NCBI GenBank assembly: GCA_964016885.1
Contig: OZ024742.1
Span: 263,438,001-263,502,000 of the forward strand
Direction: 5' to 3'
Origin: Eledone cirrhosa
Taxonomy: Eukaryota
Length of the DNA: 64,000 nt
Within the stretch, counting starts at the first letter, position 1, and the number at the start of each line of letters is the position of its first letter. The position numbers were made by a program, and so were the translations under genes. Of this stretch, positions 54,727-64,000 are shown in pieces. A model generated the notes under the pieces. The model saw nothing but the letters and a program-made list of their open reading frames with translations. It had not been told where the DNA came from and did no database searches.

Positions 54727-54940
54727 GTAAAGAAGTAAAGGAGAGGGGAGCACCTTCTCCATGTGCTCCCCGGGCAAAGGATTGCACACTTTTTCGGGGG
54801 TGTGTGCAACCCCCATCACGTCCCCTCCCTTTTGAGGTTATTTTCGATTATTTTCATGTTACACCCTTTTTACTCGATTATATGTAAACTCCCCCTTTGT
54901 ATTTGTCCCTTCTTTTTATGCCTTTATGGTAAATAAAGAA

Positions 54941-55016
<76 letters not shown>

Positions 55017-55090
55017 GTCTTTCCATCTGTCTGTCTGTATGTCTGTCTGTTGTATATAGAACCAGGAATACATTAACGAAGTAGACTCAC

Positions 55091-55171
55091 CGTGTGAGGT
55101 TTGCTTTCAGAAGCGACAACAGTTGGAACAGCTTCTTCATCGCTCTTTTCCTTCCTTTCTGTAGAGAGTAT
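55091..55171 (-). CDS. Small exon (ILSTERKEKSDEEAVPTVVASESKPHT)
   Basis: ttttcttctactttaatAG| 81 nt |GTGAGT, phase 0/0. Confidence 0.72.
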
Positions 55172-55837
55172 CTATTAAAGTAGAAGAAAAGAAAAAAACA
55201 GTTTTAATCGCATTCTTCCTCCTCAAACAAAAACAAAACAAAACGCTGGCTAGCAACCTGGATGTTAAGCTGCCAAGATTTATGTAATGCACAAGAACAA
55301 CACTTCTAGAGCCTACAATTTCTCGAATCGCCTATCACAGAGATCCTTCCTTTTACCTACTCTTTCTAACTCATATCTATTCGACTTACCCAACACCGCC
55401 ACAAAACATATAGGTAACCTCACAAGCAGATAATATCACGTTAAAATCGTCTTACCATTAGCCAGACATTGCTGCACAATAACTGTAACCCTACTTAAAT
55501 AATTTAGAAACGTAACTCTACAAATGACTTGAAGAAGCAACCATCAAATCTACTGTCTCCCTCCCTAACAGCGATGCCAGAGAACATCAAACACGGCTAA
55601 TATCTGCACTAATCATACCATGTATGATTACTGTATAGGGCGTAGACTACCAACAGACAATAAGTGCAAATGAACATCAAATGCCACACTCCGACCGAAT
55701 CCACCGTGTTCGACAGGATGGTCACAGCTGGAATACGTTTGATTATAAGCCTGTTTAATCAGATCTGATCCTGGATCTAAACAACAACTAAAACAACAAC
55801 AACAACAACAACAACAATAACAACAACAACAACAGCA

Positions 55838-55916
<79 letters not shown>

Positions 55917-56692
55917 AATCAATTAGAAACGCTGCCAACGATCGACTTCACATTTTGGCTGTGTTGTTTTGATTAGCTTAGTATAGGTTGCAAGATAGAA
56001 TGTCATCTGCGATAGCACGCTCCATTATGTGGCCCACACATCATGTAAGGTTTCAAATTTCAACGTGACCAGTCGACACTTATGGGCTTCTGTTTGAAGC
56101 ATCGGCACCCGCTCCAACTCACATACATACATGGATATACACACAGCAACATGCACACATACACACGCACCCACCTAAGCACTTGTACACGCGCGTGTGA
56201 AAACCTAGTAACCTTCATCATCATCATCATCGTTATCATCATCATCATCGTTATCATCATCATCATCATCATCATCATCTTCACCATCATCATCATCATC
56301 ATCATCATCATAATTCACTATTTGTTTCGACAACTGTTTATTTCACAAAACCACGCCACACTATACCGCCACTTACACACAACACAAGACACCCATTACT
56401 CCACTAAACCACAAACCACAACCTTGTGATAACCATCACCACTACCCTCATTGCACCGCCTTTGAACGCTACTACTTTATTACACCAGTTCATCACTCCC
56501 CCATCCTACCCCCTCCCCACCCTACAACCACCCCCATCCTGACCACCACCACCATCCACCACCACAGCATCACGCAGTGAACGAAAATAGACTATTTTTA
56601 ATGAAGAAATTAGCGAGAAATTTAATCTTGAAGCTGTTCACAAAAAAACAACAACAGCAACAACAACACCAACGACAACAACAGCACAACAA

Positions 56693-56738
<46 letters not shown>

Positions 56739-56899
56739 AGCAGAAACGACAACAACAACAATAATAACAATAACAATCAAAACAGACGCAAGAACAACAA
56801 CAAAACATACAACCAACAACAAACACAGCAATTACGCAAAACGAATCCAATGCAACAAAAACGTCATCAAAAACAATAAAAGCAACTTGATCAGCAACA

Positions 56900-57054
56900 A
56901 AAACTACAACAATAACAACAACCAATTCAATTACTACAACAGCACAACGTCCAACACAACAATAACAATAACAACAATAACAACAACAATAATAATAACA
57001 ATAACAACAATAACAACAACCAATTCAATTACTACAACTGCAGTAACAACATCC

Positions 57055-57117
<63 letters not shown>

Positions 57118-57178
57118 AATAACAATAACAACAATAACAACAACCAATTCAATTACTACAACTGCAGTAACAACATCC

Positions 57179-57237
<59 letters not shown>

Positions 57238-57457
57238 CCAATTCAATAACTACAACTGCAGTAACAACATCCAACAACAACAACAACAACAACATCCAAC
57301 AACAACAACAACAACAACAATAACAACAACAACAACCAATTCAATTACTACAACTGCAGTAACAACATCCAACAACAACAACAACAACAACAACAATAAT
57401 AACAATAACAACAATAACAACAACCAATTCAATTACTACAACTGCAGTAACAACATC

Positions 57458-57488
<31 letters not shown>

Positions 57489-57831
57489 AATAATAACAAT
57501 AACAACAATAACTGTTTCTACTTTAGGCACAAGGCCAGCAATTATCCAGTGCATTACTGGTACTTTATTTTATCGACCCCGTAAGGATGAAAGGCAAAGT
57601 CAACCTCGGCGGGATTTGAACTCAGATCGTAAAGGGACGTAACTATGCTGGAAAGCATGGCGTCTGACCCTCTACCGATACTGCCAATCCACCGACCAAT
57701 TCAATAACTACAACTGCAGTAACAACATCCAACAACAACAACAACAACAACAACATCCAACAACAACAACAACAACAACAATAACAACAACAACAACCAA
57801 TTCAATTACTACAACTGCAGTAACAACAACC

Positions 57832-57888
<57 letters not shown>

Positions 57889-58020
57889 AATAACAATAAC
57901 AACAATAACAACAACCAATTCAATTACTACAACTGCAGTAACAACATCCAACAGCAACAACAACAACAACAACAATAATAATAACAATAACAACAATAAC
58001 AACAACCAATTCAATACAAC
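56900..58020. repeat. Compound minisatellite: aaccaattcaattactacaactgcagtaacaacatcc plus variable (AAC)n/(AAT)n
   Basis: About ten copies of the constant ~37-bp core. Confidence 0.9.
57512..57694 (-). mobile_element. SINE inserted in minisatellite
   Basis: Main-family sequence; further fragments at ~9985-10080, ~19760-19880, ~44280-44410 and ~58040-58350. Confidence 0.8.
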
Positions 58021-58727
58021 AGCAAAATAAATTAATAATTGTTTCTACTTTTTGGCACAAGGTCAGCAATTATCCCAGTGTATTACTGGTACTTTATTTT
58101 ATCGACCCCGTAAGGATGAAAGGCAAAGTTGATCTCGGCGGGATTAAATTAATAATGATTTCTAACATAGGGGACAAGGACAGAAATTGGTTGGGTGGGG
58201 TGAGGGTGGGGTGATGATGGTAACAGTTGATTACTTGTTTGGTACCCTATTTTATGAGCCCAGAATGACGAAAGAGGGATTAAAACGCAAATAGCCGTAA
58301 CTAAATATCACACGGCATTTTGTCAGACGCTCTAATGGTTCCGTTAATTCACAGTCTCTAAAATTAAAAATACAATCGCTGAAGAACCAGAAAAATGGCA
58401 ATCGCTGAAGAACCAGAACAAAAACAGCATCAGCAGCATCAGCAGCAACAACAGCAGCAACAACAATAATAACAACTATAGCAGCAACAACAATAATAAC
58501 AACTATAGCAACAGCAACAACAACAGTAACAGCAACAGCAATAATAACATCAACGAAAATAAGAGCGACCCTCAGTGACAATAACTATCACAATGACAGA
58601 GTCTCTATGTGATCGGTCGACCAGATAGAAAAAGCAGCTAAATCTACCCTAAATCACACACTGCTGTCTTGAAAAAGAGAAGGTTACATTGGATGGTATT
58701 CTTAAATACCACTAAAAAACGTGAACG

Positions 58728-59006
58728 CAACATAGCCGAATGGTTAAGGAGGTCTCATCGCAATCATTAGGCCTCGGGTTCGATCCCACTGTGTAGCACC
58801 TTGGGTAACTGCCATTTAACATAGCCTCGGGTTAACCCAGGCCTTGTGAGGGAAACTGTGCTCAGGGGAAACTGTTTGGAAGCTCGTCAGATGGACTTTA
58901 CCTCTAATCCAAAGGACCAGCCTTGTCACAAACTGTGAAACACTGAATTTCTACGATAATTACGTTAAGGATACATCTGTCTGTGGAATGCTGAGTCAAT
59001 TACACG
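58728..59006 (+). mobile_element. tRNA-derived SINE, second family
   Basis: A box tagccgaatggttaagg, B box gggttcgatccc, then ccttggg...ccttgtgag; relatives at ~11490-11645 (+) and ~61480-61770 (-). Confidence 0.65.
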
Positions 59007-59561
59007 AGCAGCAGTAGCAGCAGCAACAACAACAACAACAACAACAACGACGACGACGACGACAACAACTACTACTACTACTACTACTATTACTACTACT
59101 ACTACTACAGCAACGTCGACAACAACCACCACAAAAGTAACAGCTGTAGCAACAGTCTGAAAGCCATGAGCCAGCAAGAGCTCCTTTACGTAGTCACTGA
59201 ATCTGCTAGAAATAGATATCAAATTCTCTTAAATCTCAATCCTACTAGTTTAAGAAAAAGAGGGACATATTGGACATTTGACGATAGAGTGCCGTGAACA
59301 CAAAACGTCAAAAGAATTGCGAAAGAAACGCCCTTTCTTAATGGTGCGTTTCATCAAGGCTGATCTAAGAGTCAATTGTCCCCCACAACATACCTCCCGC
59401 ATTGACGGGATGTGATTTGATGGAAATTTAGCTCATTTTTCTCTCAGAGAGACCACTAGGTTATTACCTGGAAACCCATCGATGGCTCATCACATACGTA
59501 ATTAAGGTTAGCCGTATCAACACTCCCACATTGATACGGCGTGTCTAATATACATACATAG

Positions 59562-59615
<54 letters not shown>

Positions 59616-59619
<4 letters not shown>

Positions 59620-60037
59620 AAGGAATTGTGGTAAGCAACCAGATGGACTATAACGCACCAGAGTAGTCAATACTTAGGGTAGTAGAGTGGGTAATAGGAA
59701 AAAGTATGACCCCGACGGCAGAGCTCAAGCCGTTTCGACGGCTATTTCTGGACTAAATTAGAATGTTTAGCCTGGTGAATAAATAGTCGAACTTATCAAG
59801 GGGTACTTCCTTATATGGGAAGATTGTAGTTGTCAAGAGGATTGGTCAAAGTTTGTTGTAAATAAAATATTTGTTTAAAACAAATTTTGACCAATCCTCT
59901 TGACAACTACAATCTTCCCATATAAGGAAGTACCCCTTGACAAGTTCGGCTATTTATTCACCAAGCTAAAAATTCTAATTTAGTCCAGAAATAGCCGTCG
60001 AAACGGCTTGAGCTCTGCCGTCGGGGTCATACTTTTT

Positions 60038-60042
<5 letters not shown>
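59616..60042. mobile_element. Fold-back element in (TA)n with variant hammerheads
   Basis: Arms ~59694-59857 and ~59879-60042 plus a left tail. Confidence 0.85.
59932..60027 (+). ncRNA. Type I hammerhead with U3-A8 variant core
   Basis: acccc-TTGACAA-g..cggctattt...aaatagccg.c-GAAACggc-loop-gccGTC^-ggggt; inverted copy (TTGATAA) at ~59709-59804 on the minus strand. Confidence 0.75.
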
Positions 60043-60096
<54 letters not shown>

Positions 60097-60186
60097 GTAT
60101 ATATATAGTTGAAAATGAACGAACAAAACACAGGAGGCAATTGTACAAAGTTATATTAGGTTCACGCTTGGTGGAAGTGGAGGAGG

Positions 60187-60222
60187 TTTCAACGTTTCGG
60201 ACATAATTCCTTCATCAGGAAA
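60187..60222 (-). ncRNA. Ultra-minimal hammerhead-like motif (palindromic AACGTT stem III); second copy at 42740-42774 on the plus strand
   Basis: tttc-CTGATGA-a-gga-attatg-tcc-GAAAcgTT-gaaa. Confidence 0.6.
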
Positions 60223-60387
60223 GTTCAGATAGGGGGAGAACAGGAACTCCGAGGAATAAGGAGGATTTTAAGGAGTGAAGTTAGAAAATAAGAAATAAAA
60301 AATAATGATAAAAAATATATATACAATATATGTATGTTTACACATATTAAGAAAAGAGCATATTGGTGTATTTGTAATATATTTTAC

Positions 60388-60456
60388 CTGGTCTGACAGC
60401 TGTGTTTTGTGAGGAACAGGATGATGGAGAGAATCATGTGATGACGCATCAGCGAT
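60388..60456 (-). CDS. Small exon (IADASSHDSLHHPVPHKTQLSDQ)
   Basis: catctttctatacAG| 69 nt |GTAAAA, phase 0/0. Confidence 0.65.
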
Positions 60457-60678
60457 CTGTATAGAAAGATGCAAGACAAGTCAGTAATGTAACACATTGT
60501 GAATATACTGTTGCGAGTACATAAGTACATATATTATAAACATACGTACGTACATGTACACATACCCGGTATATATATATATATATATATACACATATAT
60601 ATACACATATATATATATATTCGAAGAATAGTGAGAACTCAACAGTTTCCTTGCGTTGAGTTCTTCCCATTATTCTAC

Positions 60679-60737
<59 letters not shown>

Positions 60738-60838
60738 TAGACGCACGCAAACATAAATGCATACACACACACACACACACATGTAGAGAGACACACACAT
60801 AAACACACTTCCTCTATACATTTGTAGAAATCAAATAC

Positions 60839-60871
60839 CTGGTAACATTTACCGGGAGGTTCAGTATTCAG
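60839..60871 (-). CDS. Micro-exon (LNTEPPGKCYQ)
   Basis: tttctcttttcgaaaAG| 33 nt |GTATTT, phase 0/0. Confidence 0.55.
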
Positions 60872-61035
60872 CTTTTCGAAAAGAGAAATAAGTTATATGC
60901 ATGTTATAGTTACACATACTTACGGAACAACGGCTATATATATATATACATACATACATTAAACATACCGTATATCATTAGATATACCAAATTCACATAC
61001 ATATATGTATACAGCTATGCTGAAGCTAAATTGTA

Positions 61036-61074
<39 letters not shown>

Positions 61075-62324
61075 GATATATAGATATAGATATATACATA
61101 TATATATATATATATATATGTGTACATGCATGTGTAATCAGGGATACATACAGATATATGCATGCAAATCTATGCACATGAACTCATATCCTCTCTTTTC
61201 ACAGATAAACATGCACACACATGCATACACAGAATGAGAGAAAACACAAGGGGGAAAACCGCAAATGTTTGATGTAAATTGAATCAATATCAATCATGCT
61301 CTAGACACTTACAGATTTTTTATGAATGCAATCTCACAGACCCGTGCTACATTTTTTTCCCAAATTCTATCTCAGTTGTCTGCCCCCCCTTTTTTTTAAT
61401 CAATGCTATAATTCGAATCTGCGTAGATCAGAAAGTTTTGAATTGAATTTCTGTCATTGTTTGATGTTGTGAACCTCGGTCAGTTGTGACGACGAGCGTT
61501 CCAGATTTTGATTAACATGCTTGTGAAATTAACGTACAAGTGGCTGAGCATTACAAATACACGTACACGCATAACGTAGTTCTAAGGGAGATTCCGTGTG
61601 ACAGTGTGTGACAAGATCGGTCCTTTAAATTACAGGAGCAACTCATTTGGCCAGCTGAGTGAATTGTAGCAACGTGACAAGGTGTCTTAACTAAAGAACA
61701 CAACTGAAATCAAACTCACGATCATCTGATAGTGAGCCGAACACCGTAACGACTAAGGCATTCGCCTTCCCTACATCGTTCATTTATATGTTACTGTCTT
61801 CTTGTACCATGACTACAGATTGTTAACAATCTTTACCAATTCACGGAAATTCTATTAGAAAAAAATAAATGTGCCATCTCTCTCTCCCACTCTCTCTGCC
61901 CATCTCTCTTGCTAAACTAAGTACTGCAAAACGTTCTCTAAATTCTTTGTTCAATCATTAATAAGAAATTTGGACAGCCTATCTCCAGTAATTTCTGAAA
62001 TTCAGATTGGACACTCACTTAATCAATCATGTAAAGTAAATAGAGAGGCATCCAATTTCTTTGTGATTAGATATGTTGGTAGAGGAAAATGTAGCTGGAA
62101 AATTATATACATACACACATACATACATTACAAACAAACACACACACACATATATATTCGAAGGGTTAGGAATTAAACTAGTAGCCATTAACAAACAAAA
62201 GTCTCATGACGTATAAAGACGTCGTGAATAGATATTATTTATTAAAATGATTTTTAGCACTTGTCAAGTTCACTTGAACGAAACATTTGGCCATATGTGA
62301 CGAATCCTTTTAATCAGCCCCCAC

Positions 62325-62360
<36 letters not shown>

Positions 62361-62364
62361 TATG

Positions 62365-62743
<379 letters not shown>

Positions 62744-62747
<4 letters not shown>

Positions 62748-63148
62748 AAAAAAGGAAAAGAATGACTTCACTTATAGTGTTAAAAAATGTTTGATTTAGT
62801 TTTATAATATTATATTATGAGTTGGTAGATCCAGTAAGTTCTTTGTTAACTTCGGTGGGAATAATTTTAGAGATTCCTGGTTAACTTGGGTTGGAGAACT
62901 TTCTCGCATTCGTCTGTCTGTGGCGATTGTCAAACTCAGACGAATGCGAGAAAGTTCTCCAACCCAAGTTAACCAGGAATCTCTAAAATTCTTCCCACCG
63001 AAGTTAACAAAGAACTTACTGGATCTACCAACTCATAATATAATATTATAAAACTAAATCAAACATTTTTAACACTACAAGTGAAGTAATTCTTTTCCAT
63101 TTTTTAAAATATACCTAACTGTACCAAGGATCTCACACATTTTCTAAT
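62744..63148. mobile_element. Fold-back element in (TA)n, related to 33577-33965
   Basis: Arms ~62745-62916 and ~62937-63108. Tail atacctaactgtaccaaggat is the reverse complement of the 33577 element's left end. Confidence 0.8.
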
Positions 63149-63232
63149 ATATATATATATATAAACAATTAAGTTAAACGAAACGAAATTTAATTTCGTT
63201 TCGTTATTTGTTTTTATATATATATATATATA

Positions 63233-63910
63233 CCAACGATGGTTACTAAACACTGTACGGCTTAATTAGGGCTGTTTGTTTGTTTACAAACAAACCGAGC
63301 ATTATAATAAATGTTCGGTAAACCCATACGTACATATATATATGTGTGCGTGTATGTATATATACACATACTACTGTACGTCTGTATACATATATGTATG
63401 TACGTATACATACTTATATTTAAGTAACAGCTTAAGAGTGGGAAAGGAAATTTCGTTTCATTTTTTCCATTTATCGTTTTCGGTGCGCCCGGCCGACTAA
63501 CTCACTCGATATGCAAATTAGGCTGCTCAGCCGTTAATATGCACAAGGAAATTATATACTTTCAGACGTTCAATCATCTGGCAGGAAGGTATACGATGCT
63601 GACGATAACTAATAAGCTTGGAACTAGTACATCGTTCCTTTGTCAGTGTTGAACAAAAGGGCAACGATGGTTGCTAAACACTCTACGGCTTAATTCGGGC
63701 TGTTTGTTTCTTTACAAACAAACCGAGCATTATAATAAATGTTCGGTAAACCCATACGTACATATATATATATGTGTGCATGTATGTATATATATATACA
63801 TACTACTGTACGTCTGTATACATATATGTATGTACGTATACATACTTATATTTATGTAACAGCCGTACTAAGAGTGGGAAATGAAATTTCGTTTCATTTT
63901 TTCCATTTAT
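63233..63910. repeat. ~240-bp direct repeats (63233-63473, 63662-63910), period ~430 bp
   Basis: caacgatggtt.ctaaacact...tttcgtttcattttttccatttat occurs twice. Confidence 0.9.
63594..63634 (+). ncRNA. Degenerate hammerhead between direct repeats
   Basis: cgatg-CTGACGA-taactaataagctt-GGAAC-ta-GTA^-catcg; one core mismatch. Confidence 0.55.
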
Positions 63911-64000
63911 ATATATATAACTAGTTGTTAGTTATACATATGTATATATAAACCTTCTGGTGAATGGGGTGTTGGATTAACGGTCGTAATGTCATATGTT

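Larger units (their letters stand above)
49140..54941 (+). mobile_element. Full-length L1/Tx1-clade LINE inserted in a (TCTA)n microsatellite
   Basis: ORF1 with zinc knuckle, intact ORF2, aataaa at the 3' end, (TCTA)n at ~49027-49134 and ~54941-55015. Confidence 0.93.

Noticed and set aside
56900-58020. CRISPR-like repeat/spacer pattern
   Set aside because: Spacers are (AAC)n microsatellite, the context is eukaryotic, and there are no cas genes
58728-58790. tRNA gene
   Set aside because: A/B boxes only, no cloverleaf; continues into a SINE body
62031-62094. Candidate minus-strand exon
   Set aside because: Stops in all frames; could only be UTR

Overview
Eukaryotic, very AT- and microsatellite-rich DNA. 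The SINE/LINE repertoire resembles an octopus-like cephalopod (inference). The window appears to be the interior of one large minus-strand, multi-exon gene. It has a ~6.4 kb exon (12927-19371) encoding a K/E/D/S-rich low-complexity protein with ~50 KVDSPPP repeats, plus at least seven small frame-preserving exons found from their splice sites. The introns hold an L1/Tx1 LINE with intact ORF2 inside (TCTA)n, a second Tx1 with an internal deletion, a full-length decayed RTE LINE, ~600-bp non-autonomous RTE derivatives in (TATG)n, SINEs, and a Penelope-like GIY-YIG fragment. The most striking signal is a dense set of short (150-600 bp), often fold-back elements sitting in (TA)n tracts. They belong to about ten unrelated sequence families, and most carry a type I hammerhead ribozyme that can be folded by eye. 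Variants include a U3-A8 core covariant and cores with very large stem II insertions. One family shares both termini and its ribozyme with the Penelope-like GIY-YIG fragment, which links the set to Penelope-like retroelements. All folds and coordinates were read by eye; no search was run.
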